From Phage NC-G, in sequence record MK310184: 64,000 bases of DNA; one strand, 5' to 3'. Shown here in pieces: positions 6,920 through 15,727 of this stretch. The notes below the pieces were generated by a model, which saw only the letters and a list, made by a program, of their open reading frames with translations, had not been told where the DNA came from and made no database searches. The translations under genes and the position numbers were made by a program. Every line of letters begins with the position of its first letter. Position 1 is the stretch's first letter.

Positions 6920-9130
6920 TTAAGCCGCTTCCACGGCTTTCATGAATTTAACAATTTGAGCTACAGAAGCCTCGGTAATGGATGTTCCACGACGATACAT
7001 GTAGTCCGAAACTAAATGGTAATCAGATTCAAACTGTACAGTCATTTTATCATTGTTGCTTGAAGCATTATTGGTTAACGTATTAAACGTGGTATTACAG
7101 ATTTTCTTGATAACGGAAAGCTTGTCATCAGTGATATAACCATGGAAATTCATGTAACGGAATATATCATAGAAATTACTCAGACGAGTATATGCTTCAG
7201 TTACCGGCTTGTCACTGAAATACTTGGTCATGAAATTAAGCTGAGGGAACTTAGCAATGATTTCAAGGTAATACCGAGCTCGAGTATTGCTACCAAGGTA
7301 GTCATCAATATCTACCGCATCCAGTGCTTCGGTATAAGCTTCTAATGTAGCTTCCATCAAGCATTCGCACTGGCCTAACTTTTTAATCTTTTTGGCAATC
7401 TGAGGACGGATGATATGGAATTCGGTAATACCTAACAAATTAGCCATACGAGTCATTGTAGTGGTGTTGATGTCAAAGATACCATAAGCTTCGTCCATCC
7501 CCATGATATCAGAACGACTGCCAAACAGAACATAACCTGTAATTTCTTCTGCTTCTGCGGCGGTCAAATACATTGTCTCTGTTTGCCAACGACCATCTTT
7601 AATGAACCAACGATAAGCACTTGGTGTTTTAGGACGAGGTTCTGATGAACGAACAGTGACCGGAATCCATGGCTTAACAATTTTATTCAGTTCAGAGACT
7701 TTATAAAAATGAATTGTATCACCTTTAAAAAGTTCTTTAACCTTTTCAAGCTGCTGCATTTGCAACATTGAATTCGGGTCGACAAAAATAAGGTCAGTTC
7801 CGTATTTAGGAATATTGTTCTCTTTAACAATTTTCTTAGCCGAAGCACTGTTGTCCATTGCCAGAGCCCAAAGTCCTCGAACCAGAGGTACGCGACCCTT
7901 TTCATCGTCATAAACAACATGGATTTCTTTCTTATTAATGCCTAATAAACCACTAAGTCCTGCTACCGAAGAAGTATTACTACTCGGCTTAATTCGTTTC
8001 AAACGTGGGTCCATACAAACTTCGTAAACCACACCTAAATTAATAAGGTCGTTTTGAAGGGTATAACGCTGGTATAATTTCTCGTATGACAATTTTTCTG
8101 TAGTAAACAGGCTAGTTCCACCTTTTTTGGTAAGATAGTCACGAGCACTGTAACCAAGGTTAGAAAGGTCGCGATAAACATGGCGTGGATTATCGGATTC
8201 CACCCATTCTTGGGTATCGTTTTTAAAGACCACTGCATCTAGTGCTTCAATACGAGTTGCAATATTTTCCATTGTGCGTTTATCAAGAGACAGCACTTCA
8301 CGAGACGGAGCAATATCCAGCGAACCCATAGGGAACTTAATATAAACTACATCATGGCGAGTACGCATCCATGTGCCTTTAATATAGGCAGAATCCAATG
8401 GATAGACAATACCACCATAAACTGCATAAAGTCCTGAACGTTCGAAGCTGCCATAATTTGTAGTGGTTACAGGATGGTAATCGTCAAATTCAGGGAAATA
8501 ATCAACTTCAACACCGTCTACATCACCAAGACCAATGAAAGGCCGCATGATATAACGAACTTCAGTTTCAAACTTACGGAAATCTTCTTCATCGACAGGA
8601 ACCGTGATTTCGATACCTGTTTTGTCACCGGGTTGCATCGGTTCAACGAATGTAGGTTTAATCTGCGGGCCATCGCCATCCATATAAGCTACATAACCAC
8701 GAACTTCACCGTTATGCCATGAGGTGATATTAAACGTTTCGGTATAACTGAACGGAGATTTTGAACCAAGGCCAAAGCCACCGATGAAATCGTTAGAAGC
8801 GGTTTTGGATGATGCGAAATAAGAGTTATACAAACCTGTTTCGTTTTCATCACCACGAATTTGGAAATCGCTCATACCCGGCCCGAAGTCACGGCATACA
8901 AAACGAGGGTCCAGTTTACCAGGAACCTGTACTTTCCAACGTTCTTTATTACCATTCAGAATATGGGCATCAATCATATTGGTAATTAGTTCACGTACTA
9001 CAGCACGTACTTTATTACTATAAAGGTCTGATGACAGAATTTTAAAGACCTTAGGCGAGGCCTGGATAGTAAAGCCTGTGGACTTGGCACCATTACCAAT
9101 GATTTGTTCTTTTTCGGTTTCAATAATCAT
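6920..9130 (-). CDS. rIIA: rIIA protein
   Basis: 736 aa; N-terminus (GNGAKS..FTIQASPKVFKILSSDLYSNKVRAVVRELITNMIDAH) matches recalled T4 rIIA. Confidence 0.93.
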   Translation of the reverse strand: MIIETEKEQIIGNGAKSTGFTIQASPKVFKILSSDLYSNKVRAVVRELITNMIDAHILNGNKERWKVQVPGKLDPRFVCRDFGPGMSDFQIRGDENETGLYNSYFASSKTASNDFIGGFGLGSKSPFSYTETFNITSWHNGEVRGYVAYMDGDGPQIKPTFVEPMQPGDKTGIEITVPVDEEDFRKFETEVRYIMRPFIGLGDVDGVEVDYFPEFDDYHPVTTTNYGSFERSGLYAVYGGIVYPLDSAYIKGTWMRTRHDVVYIKFPMGSLDIAPSREVLSLDKRTMENIATRIEALDAVVFKNDTQEWVESDNPRHVYRDLSNLGYSARDYLTKKGGTSLFTTEKLSYEKLYQRYTLQNDLINLGVVYEVCMDPRLKRIKPSSNTSSVAGLSGLLGINKKEIHVVYDDEKGRVPLVRGLWALAMDNSASAKKIVKENNIPKYGTDLIFVDPNSMLQMQQLEKVKELFKGDTIHFYKVSELNKIVKPWIPVTVRSSEPRPKTPSAYRWFIKDGRWQTETMYLTAAEAEEITGYVLFGSRSDIMGMDEAYGIFDINTTTMTRMANLLGITEFHIIRPQIAKKIKKLGQCECLMEATLEAYTEALDAVDIDDYLGSNTRARYYLEIIAKFPQLNFMTKYFSDKPVTEAYTRLSNFYDIFRYMNFHGYITDDKLSVIKKICNTTFNTLTNNASSNNDKMTVQFESDYHLVSDYMYRRGTSITEASVAQIVKFMKAVEAA

Positions 9131-9137
9131 ATTTTTC

Positions 9138-9341
9138 TCAATTCAGGTTACGTTTAAAAATATCTGCTACTTCAAGGAGCTCGTCCTTAGTAGCGATGTC
9201 GTTGAGTATTTTATATCTGATTTCTTTAAAGCGTTCTTTAAAATCCTCAGCCGCATTGATATCAAAAAAACGTTGGATTAACCGGAATTCTTTATGAACA
9301 GCTTTATCAAACAAATCAATATTGACTTTAAAGTTTGTCAT
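9138..9341 (-). CDS. hypothetical protein (rIIA.1 position)
   Basis: track ORF, co-oriented and tightly packed; no motif recognised. Confidence 0.5.
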   Translation of the reverse strand: MTNFKVNIDLFDKAVHKEFRLIQRFFDINAAEDFKERFKEIRYKILNDIATKDELLEVADIFKRNLN

Positions 9342-9651
9342 TTTTAACTACCTCATGTTGAACATATTCTCTGGTAGAACCTAGTTCAGCCAGAATTCTT
9401 CTCATAGAACCCATTGTACTTTTGTGCTCTCTGTGGCGATACAATATCTCTAAAACCTTTTCCTGGACAACAGGAGAGAGCGCCTGGTTATCTTTAATCT
9501 TTAAGGCAATAGATTTTACAGCCTTTAAGTATTCTAACCCCTTACCGCTTGTAATCACTACTCCTTCATCTTTACAGTTACGAATAGCCGTTTCCATAAA
9601 GGATAAAGCCAAGTTGTCAGTGTTCACTATACTATTATCTTGCATAATCAT
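9328..9651 (-). CDS. hypothetical protein (107 aa)
   Basis: track ORF; strong AAGAGGTGA RBS. Confidence 0.55.
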   Translation of the reverse strand: MIMQDNSIVNTDNLALSFMETAIRNCKDEGVVITSGKGLEYLKAVKSIALKIKDNQALSPVVQEKVLEILYRHREHKSTMGSMRRILAELGSTREYVQHEVVKNDKL

Positions 9652-9669
9652 ATTCTCACCTCTTAGAGA

Positions 9670-9699
9670 ATCGTATCACACTTTTAACCTGTTGTAAAC
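9670..9699 (-). promoter_or_regulatory. possible early promoter
   Basis: -35 GTTTAC 9694-9699, 18-bp spacer, weak -10 TACGAT with upstream TG. Confidence 0.35.
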
Positions 9700-9700
9700 C

Positions 9701-9724
9701 CCCGAAAAGGGCCTTGCGGCCCTT
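9701..9724 (-). terminator. intrinsic terminator (GNRA-loop hairpin)
   Basis: AAGGGCC-GCAA-GGCCCUU (9707-9724) followed by UUUUC on minus transcript, after the 53-aa ORF. Confidence 0.5.
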
Positions 9725-9726
9725 GA

Positions 9727-9888
9727 TTAGTTGCTTGAATCGACTCTATAAACTTGACCACGGGTTTGGTAAACTTCGCCGTCCCATGTTTCAACTGTGA
9801 TAGTAACGTACTCTGCAAAAAGAGGACGTGTATCTGTCCAGAGATAACCATATTCACCTGTGACGAGCGTAACCCAGTACTTTCTCAT
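9727..9888 (-). CDS. hypothetical protein (53 aa)
   Basis: ATG 9888 with AAGGAG RBS; not in track (below size cut-off). Confidence 0.4.
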   Translation of the reverse strand: MRKYWVTLVTGEYGYLWTDTRPLFAEYVTITVETWDGEVYQTRGQVYRVDSSN

Positions 9889-9902
9889 AAAGTCTCCTTT
9901 TA

Positions 9903-9922
9903 TACGGTACTCATGTACCGTA
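9903..9922 (-). other. RNA hairpin between gene 39 stop and downstream RBS
   Basis: 8-bp palindrome tacggtac/gtaccgta with 4-nt loop, immediately 5' of AAGGAG RBS. Confidence 0.45.
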
Positions 9923-9930
9923 CGTATTTA

Positions 9931-11748
9931 TTACGACATCCAAGCCTTACGGAGTTGAGGGTCGTTTCCAAGGAGCATTTCGAACTGTTCTTTCCAATCT
10001 TCAGGCAATTGAACCACATCAAATTTAGGGTCTTGAATCATTCGACGGTATTCGGCCTTCTCAAGAGAACCGAGCCCTTTAATATAACGAATAGAATGTT
10101 TAGGTAGAGAGTCCTTAGCTTTGGTATAACTAGGAACGTCATAAAACCATTCTTGTTCTTTACCAATCTGAGCAATAATTACAGGAGTCTTACAGAAACG
10201 AATTCGTCCTTGTTCGAATAATTCAGGCCATTGGCTAAAGAAGGCTAATAACGAAGGATAAATCGAACCAGTACCATCCACATCGGCGTCAGTCATGATA
10301 GCAATATTACGATAGTTGGTTTTATCTGCAGGTTCACCAATAACCAGTCCAGTGATTGCACAGATATCAAACAATTCTTTGTTCTTCATGATATCGGCAG
10401 CAGTCATACCCCAGGTATTCATAACCTTTCCGCGTAACGGATAACCGCCTTGGAGGTCTTTATTACGAACTTCAATGAAAGGACCCATTGCAGAATCACC
10501 TTCCGTAAGGAACAAAGTCGTATCAGCATCTTTGCCATACATATTGGCTTTAATATGCTTATGGACCTTGGCTTTCAAAGCTTTCTTAGCAGCTTTTGTT
10601 TCGGCGGCTTTTTCAGCAGCGAGTTTACGTGCTAAAGCTGCTTCGACAATAGGCATAATCAACCCATCAACTTTAAGAATAGCCGTTGCAATTTTCTTAG
10701 CATCAATTTGGATATGGTTACGAATCTCACCAAACGGAGAGGTTAATCGCTCTTTAGTCTGTGAATCAAAACGCATATTGCTCATATCACGAATGAACAT
10801 TACCATCGTAAGGCATTCTTTAACACGAGCCTTAGTTACTTCGATTCCTTTATATTTCTTTTTAATACCGGGTAGAAGGTGCTCACAGATATCATCGAAC
10901 ACACATTCAACGTGGTGGCCGCCATTCTTAGTATGGATATTGTTTACATACGTCAGTTGACGGAACCCGTCAGGAGAAGGAGTAAATGCCATCGAAACAT
11001 TATCAGTTTCCTGGATTACAAAGTCTTCACCAAATTGCTTAGCATACTTTTTAAAGTTGCCATCTACTTTTTTACCATTAAAAGTAAATTGGATATCTGG
11101 ATAAATTACAGCCAGTGTTTGAAGACGGTCTAGTGTAATATCCAGATAAATTTGAGACAGACTATTTTCTTCGAAATGGTTAAAGTCTGGGGTGAATATA
11201 ACCGAAGTACCCTTACCTTTAGATTTCTTAGTAGACCAACCTTTGTTTTCCATTCCATTGGAACAGTTAACAGTAATCTCATTCTCGCCATCAGAGGTGA
11301 TGCCTGTGAACAAAACAGAGAAGATATTAGTTAAACTACTACCAACACCGTTCATACCACCTGTCTTACGCTCAGCGTCATCTCCAAAGTTACCACCGGC
11401 CTTTGGAATAGTCCATGCAGCTACAGGACCTGGAATCTGTTCACCGTTTTGGTCAGTAACCATTGCTTGAGGAATACCACGCCCATTATCAGAAACCGAA
11501 ACCTGGTTATTCTTAATTTGAACATCAATTTTATTTGCGAATTTAAAATTGGTACGAATAGCTTCATCGACAGAGTTATCAATGATTTCGTCAATTAATT
11601 TAACCAGTCCAGGAACATAGTTCACCTGGGTAAAATTACCAAACAGGAATCGACCGTGAGCTTCATTAGCACTGGAGCCAATATACATCCCACTACGTTT
11701 TTTGATATGTTCAATGTCGGACAGTACTTTAATTTCATTCTTAATCAT
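9931..11748 (-). CDS. 39: DNA topoisomerase II large subunit (GyrB-like ATPase) gp39, contiguous 39+60
   Basis: 605 aa; GyrB ATPase and Toprim motifs (SDNGRGIP, EGDSA, IMTDADVDG); single uninterrupted ORF. Confidence 0.93.
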   Translation of the reverse strand: MIKNEIKVLSDIEHIKKRSGMYIGSSANEAHGRFLFGNFTQVNYVPGLVKLIDEIIDNSVDEAIRTNFKFANKIDVQIKNNQVSVSDNGRGIPQAMVTDQNGEQIPGPVAAWTIPKAGGNFGDDAERKTGGMNGVGSSLTNIFSVLFTGITSDGENEITVNCSNGMENKGWSTKKSKGKGTSVIFTPDFNHFEENSLSQIYLDITLDRLQTLAVIYPDIQFTFNGKKVDGNFKKYAKQFGEDFVIQETDNVSMAFTPSPDGFRQLTYVNNIHTKNGGHHVECVFDDICEHLLPGIKKKYKGIEVTKARVKECLTMVMFIRDMSNMRFDSQTKERLTSPFGEIRNHIQIDAKKIATAILKVDGLIMPIVEAALARKLAAEKAAETKAAKKALKAKVHKHIKANMYGKDADTTLFLTEGDSAMGPFIEVRNKDLQGGYPLRGKVMNTWGMTAADIMKNKELFDICAITGLVIGEPADKTNYRNIAIMTDADVDGTGSIYPSLLAFFSQWPELFEQGRIRFCKTPVIIAQIGKEQEWFYDVPSYTKAKDSLPKHSIRYIKGLGSLEKAEYRRMIQDPKFDVVQLPEDWKEQFEMLLGNDPQLRKAWMS

Positions 11749-11773
11749 GTTATTTCCTCATGTAGTAGGAGAA

Positions 11774-11799
11774 TATTATCCCATTTCACTTAAAGCATA
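11774..11799 (-). promoter_or_regulatory. MotA-dependent middle promoter for gene 39
   Basis: MotA box TTATGCTTTA (11791-11800) 11-12 bp upstream of -10 GATAATA (11774-11780). Confidence 0.5.
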
Positions 11800-11816
11800 A
11801 AAGGGCCGAAGCCCTT
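11795..11816 (-). terminator. terminator-like UUCG hairpin
   Basis: AAGGGC-UUCG-GCCCUU (11801-11816) followed by UUUAUGCUUU; overlaps stop of upstream ORF. Confidence 0.45.
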
Positions 11817-12075
11817 AATCAAATCGAATAGTAGACTTTTTAAAGAATAATCCAGAACAAACCGTTCCTTCAACCCTTTTACCTGTCGGCCCTACAGCAA
11901 TAAAGCCTGTACGTTGGAAATCATCTTCAGAACAACCGAATAGGTTATATCCTGTGATTTGGATTTGTTCGTAGCCATTTGCATCTAATACACGGGTAGC
12001 ATTATCGGCATCAGTACAACCAACCAACGAAACTGCTAGTACAAGAGCTGCAATAGAACGATTAACATATTTCAT
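11815..12075 (-). CDS. putative lipoprotein (86 aa)
   Basis: signal peptide with lipobox LVGC. Confidence 0.55.
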   Translation of the reverse strand: MKYVNRSIAALVLAVSLVGCTDADNATRVLDANGYEQIQITGYNLFGCSEDDFQRTGFIAVGPTGKRVEGTVCSGLFFKKSTIRFD

Positions 12076-12081
12076 AATTTC

Positions 12082-12258
12082 TCACTTAGTTAGTAGGTCG
12101 TAAAACCCGCCGTTAACATGTTTAGGAGCCGAGACTAACCGAACAGCCAGCCGATGGCAATCAGGGCAAATATCATTATCTCTTTCAGAGATTTTCTTGA
12201 TTTTTTCGTATTCTTTTGCACAGTCTTCAGATTGGCATTTGTAATCATAAAGTGGCAT
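12082..12258 (-). CDS. zinc-ribbon protein (58 aa)
   Basis: ATG 12258 with AAGGAA RBS; CQSEDC...CPDC motif; below track size cut-off. Confidence 0.4.
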   Translation of the reverse strand: MPLYDYKCQSEDCAKEYEKIKKISERDNDICPDCHRLAVRLVSAPKHVNGGFYDLLTK

Positions 12259-12264
12259 CTTCTA

Positions 12265-12636
12265 TTATTCCTTAAAGTGAGCTTTCAGCATCTGGTAAAC
12301 TGTCCAGGCTTCAGAATTATTAGAGATAGTGATTTTAGTCAAAGGGAAATCACTCGGTTCCGATGGGCCCACGTCTTCGCATTCATCTTCAGTATCGTCA
12401 TCTTTTTCTTCTTCAAAGAAACGACGCTCATCTTTCTTTATGAATAGGCTCGTAAATTCACCAGTTGATAATTCCATTTTATACACATCACCATCTTCAA
12501 TTCTGACTGGTCTAAATCCCTCGCCATTGATTATAGTATTGGCTATATTATCATTATCTGTACATAGCAAACGGAATTTGCTTTCAGCATCATTATCTTT
12601 AAAATAATACCACTTATCAGTTTCAAATTTGGTCAT
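12265..12636 (-). CDS. hypothetical protein (123 aa)
   Basis: track ORF trimmed to ATG 12636 (GGAAGGAAA RBS) to remove overlap with upstream gene. Confidence 0.5.
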   Translation of the reverse strand: MTKFETDKWYYFKDNDAESKFRLLCTDNDNIANTIINGEGFRPVRIEDGDVYKMELSTGEFTSLFIKKDERRFFEEEKDDDTEDECEDVGPSEPSDFPLTKITISNNSEAWTVYQMLKAHFKE

Positions 12637-12847
12637 TATAAGTTTCCTTCCAGAAGTCGGTGCCTTCAGCAGTGATTTCACGGAACACTGCATAGATAGG
12701 ATTTTTATCACCTTGATTTTTGTATACATAAACCGACGATAAATGAGAAAATGTATCAGAATGTTCCTTTTGAACCACGATTAAATCAGGGTTGAACAGA
12801 ACGTCTTCAAATTCTTCACGGGTCGAGTTCACGGTAACTTTAGCCAT
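12623..12847 (-). CDS. hypothetical protein (74 aa)
   Basis: track ORF; GAGAGGAAAA RBS. Confidence 0.5.
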   Translation of the reverse strand: MAKVTVNSTREEFEDVLFNPDLIVVQKEHSDTFSHLSSVYVYKNQGDKNPIYAVFREITAEGTDFWKETYNDQI

Positions 12848-12877
12848 TTTATTTTCCTCTCATTTGTTGATAGGGTA

Positions 12878-12907
12878 ATCTTATCACTACCCTATATTGT
12901 TGTACAC
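12878..12907 (-). promoter_or_regulatory. possible early promoter
   Basis: -35-like GTGTAC 12902-12907, 18-bp spacer, -10 TAAGAT 12878-12883, conserved ccctatcaac box. Confidence 0.35.
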
Positions 12908-12920
12908 TACTTTTTAAACT

Positions 12921-13424
12921 TTATGCACGATGAATATTGGCATACTCGACGATAAAGCTTTCAGGAACCACCTTAAAGGTTCCAAGGAACACGATGTTAT
13001 AGAGCTTAACGCCTTCTTCAACCCACTGGTCAGTGATGTACCCAGACATGCTAGTGGTTTCGTAAGTACCAAACTCTCCATCAATATATTCAAACGGTTT
13101 ATGTGAAACGAAAAAGACGCCTTGACCTAATTTCCATTTGAAATCAACACCAACATGAGACTGATCGATGGTTTCAACTTCTTCAACTACAGGAGCGACA
13201 CATCCAGTAAATTCAGTTGATTCCAGGAATTTAGAACGCACGTAGCCGAATTGTGTTTCCGTCTGGCCATTTTTAGGAATAATACGTACTTTTACTTCAG
13301 CGTTTTCAGGTCTGACACCTTCTTTAAGTTGAATACTAACAACTTCAACTAAACGGCCTGCAGCTTTTGAACGAGATTGTTTGGATACGCGAACGATACC
13401 ACCGATATCGGAAATAGTAATCAT
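12921..13424 (-). CDS. hypothetical protein with C-terminal domain shared with 13498-14244
   Basis: track ORF; C-terminal GY.TDQWVEEGV.L.N.VF.G.F.VVP.S motif. Confidence 0.6.
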   Translation of the reverse strand: MITISDIGGIVRVSKQSRSKAAGRLVEVVSIQLKEGVRPENAEVKVRIIPKNGQTETQFGYVRSKFLESTEFTGCVAPVVEEVETIDQSHVGVDFKWKLGQGVFFVSHKPFEYIDGEFGTYETTSMSGYITDQWVEEGVKLYNIVFLGTFKVVPESFIVEYANIHRA

Positions 13425-13466
13425 AATTTTTCTCTCTTGGTTAAAGGTTTATTCTCCATGAGAGCC

Positions 13467-13495
13467 ATTATAACATGGCTCTCGATAAAGTAAAC
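13467..13495 (-). promoter_or_regulatory. early promoter
   Basis: -35 GTTTAC 13490-13495, 17-bp spacer, -10 TATAAT 13467-13472 flanked by inverted repeat gagagccat/atggctctc. Confidence 0.6.
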
Positions 13496-13497
13496 TA

Positions 13498-14244
13498 TTA
13501 GTTCAAAACATTCACAACTGCACTACGAGGTACTACACTAAAATCACCTGCATGGACTACGTTCAGGAGCTCGACACCATCTTCAATCCATTGGTCTGTT
13601 ACCCACCCACAGATAGGATTATCAAAAGGACGACGGACGCTTACTGGCTTACACAACAAATCGGACGGGTCTTGTTCTTCAACTTCTTGGAACAGGATTA
13701 ACTCTGCTTCATAAACCAGGTTTTTCTCTACTTTGTTATTATCTAACCGGCGGCCGTGGATGACGTAAGATTTGGCAAACCAGTCACTTTTGGTAAATTC
13801 TTCAACAATAAATTCGCCTTCGCCAAAAACATCAGTCAGAGTTTTATGGCCGGAAATCAAGGCCTTAGTTTTAATTTCAGGTTCAACCAGTTTGTAGGTT
13901 TTGCCGATTTCAATAGTGGTAGTCATAGTAGGTTCCTTAATTTCCAGTGGTTTAACAGGGCATACATAAGTGCTTACAACATCAAAATCGATAAGCTGCT
14001 TTGGAGCTAAACGAATAAAGGCAGCCATTTCTCGTTGCGACAATCGAATAGTATGGATCCCGGGTCCGCCGCATTCTTGAACTGTTACAGATTTAATATT
14101 ATCAAGCTCATCAGGTCCAATAGAAAGAATACGAAATTCATTGCCTTTAGTCATCTTTTTAAGGATATCATAAGCTTGGTTGTAGAGCTTAAGTTCAGCG
14201 TACGGGGTAACGATGTATTTGGCATTCAGATCAAAAGTATTCAT
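13498..14244 (-). CDS. hypothetical protein (248 aa), paralogous C-terminal domain
   Basis: track ORF; C-terminus CGWVTDQWIEDGVELLNVVHAGDFSVVPRS resembles 12921-13424 C-terminus. Confidence 0.6.
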   Translation of the reverse strand: MNTFDLNAKYIVTPYAELKLYNQAYDILKKMTKGNEFRILSIGPDELDNIKSVTVQECGGPGIHTIRLSQREMAAFIRLAPKQLIDFDVVSTYVCPVKPLEIKEPTMTTTIEIGKTYKLVEPEIKTKALISGHKTLTDVFGEGEFIVEEFTKSDWFAKSYVIHGRRLDNNKVEKNLVYEAELILFQEVEEQDPSDLLCKPVSVRRPFDNPICGWVTDQWIEDGVELLNVVHAGDFSVVPRSAVVNVLN

Positions 14245-14750
14245 AATTGTCTCATTTCAATAAAATCTACGAGTTCAGCATGGGATTTGCGGAACATTAC
14301 TTGGTGGTCACCAATGACAACCTCATCTTCAGGTATTTCGTAAACAGCAAGATAGAATCCTTTAGAAGATAATTCTTCTCGCTCTTCATGACTGAACCAG
14401 CGCATCATATCATACTCACTGGCAAAAGCAAAATGATAGAGGTGAACAAACCAACTAGGTATATAGTTATCTACACCATTATAATCAGGGCGACCCCACT
14501 TAGTATTAATTGCTCTATTAGAATTCGCAACCAACAATTTATCTTGGGATGGTACCGGGATATTTTTAGTATTGCTATGATGGTGTCTAAAATCAGGTTT
14601 ATTATAACCCGCTTCTAATAACCATCCTTCACTCCACTCGTCGAATAATCCGCTATATGGTGTTAACTGACGACTCGCCTGTCTGGTGATTGCGATAGCG
14701 TTTCTGTCATCTAAAACACTGAATGATGATTCAACTCTATAAATTTTCAT
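14241..14750 (-). CDS. hypothetical protein (169 aa)
   Basis: track ORF; GAGGAG RBS; first gene after early promoter. Confidence 0.6.
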   Translation of the reverse strand: MKIYRVESSFSVLDDRNAIAITRQASRQLTPYSGLFDEWSEGWLLEAGYNKPDFRHHHSNTKNIPVPSQDKLLVANSNRAINTKWGRPDYNGVDNYIPSWFVHLYHFAFASEYDMMRWFSHEEREELSSKGFYLAVYEIPEDEVVIGDHQVMFRKSHAELVDFIEMRQL

Positions 14751-14776
14751 TTTGTTCTCCTCATGTTGATAGGGCT

Positions 14777-14805
14777 ATAGTATCATGTCATGAGGAGAAG
14801 TAAAC
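14777..14805 (-). promoter_or_regulatory. early promoter with RBS-complementary spacer
   Basis: -35 GTTTAC 14800-14805, 17-bp spacer, -10 TACTAT 14777-14782; inverted repeat ctcctcatg/catgaggag. Confidence 0.6.
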
Positions 14806-14809
14806 ACTT

Positions 14810-15484
14810 TTATCGATTTTTTACACTCAAAGGGTCTGGATTCTCAGGGACATCTTCCAGGCTTAAAGCGTATCGTTGGGCGTATTTAAGCATCAAGATA
14901 TCCTTAGCACAGTCATGAATAGAGTCATGAGCTACAAAGCCACTCAATGTTCCATTAGGCAGCGGACACATGCTTAACCCACGAGTCAACGAGTACGCTT
15001 CAATAGCAGTACGGATATCGCGTTGGTTCCAGAATTTAACAGGTTCTAACTTAGAGGTATCGATTTCATTCTCAGGAACACCTTCAGAACGGTATGCATC
15101 ACGGATTAGGTCGACCAAGATTGGAAAATCAAAGGACATTCCACGACACCACATCTGGGATTTCCATTGGTCTACTTCGTTTTTGCGACAGTATTCTAAG
15201 AAGTTACCAAGCCCAATAGAAGTAGACACATCAATTTCAGACGGGGCCAGGTTTTTACGTGCTTCAGGCCCTTGTTCTTTCCACCATTGGAGAGTGCTTT
15301 TAGAGAACAGACGTTTATCACGTTGAGAAGCCAAATCGAATTTAATACGAAGGCCTCGTTGAGTAAGCTCTTCAAACGATTCTACTACCTCTGGATTAGG
15401 GTCATAAGCAATTACGGCGAGGTCAATAACCGCCGCATTTTGGGTAGCGGCAAAGGTTTCGAAGTCAATAATTATATCTTTCAT
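14810..15484 (-). CDS. dexA: exonuclease A (DnaQ-like 3'-5' exonuclease) DexA
   Basis: 224 aa; DEDDh-type exonuclease motifs (IIIDFETF..., H..DC); synteny with dda. Confidence 0.85.
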   Translation of the reverse strand: MKDIIIDFETFAATQNAAVIDLAVIAYDPNPEVVESFEELTQRGLRIKFDLASQRDKRLFSKSTLQWWKEQGPEARKNLAPSEIDVSTSIGLGNFLEYCRKNEVDQWKSQMWCRGMSFDFPILVDLIRDAYRSEGVPENEIDTSKLEPVKFWNQRDIRTAIEAYSLTRGLSMCPLPNGTLSGFVAHDSIHDCAKDILMLKYAQRYALSLEDVPENPDPLSVKNR

Positions 15485-15720
15485 TTAACGTACCTCATAA
15501 GGTCTCGGATTTGGCCAATAGTGTAGTCTTCAATATAAACTGAAGAGATATTGTCGTCCATCAGATTTTGCACTGCAATAAAATCACTTTCAATCTCTTT
15601 AAGTGAATGCAAGACCTTATGAGCCTTGCCACGAATATTTGTATCGTCTTGGTTGACCTTAATAATATATTCTGTTTCAAATTTCAACTTATAAAACTGG
15701 TCTTTAGTTACTTTAATCAT
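15481..15720 (-). CDS. hypothetical protein (79 aa)
   Basis: track ORF trimmed to ATG 15720 with GAGGAA RBS just after dda stop. Confidence 0.5.
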   Translation of the reverse strand: MIKVTKDQFYKLKFETEYIIKVNQDDTNIRGKAHKVLHSLKEIESDFIAVQNLMDDNISSVYIEDYTIGQIRDLMRYVK

Positions 15721-15727
15721 ATTTTCC

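Noticed and set aside
12637-12729. N-terminal 31 codons of track ORF 12265-12729
   Set aside because: They overlap the upstream gene by about 100 nt with no RBS; a downstream ATG at 12636 with a strong RBS is the more plausible start.
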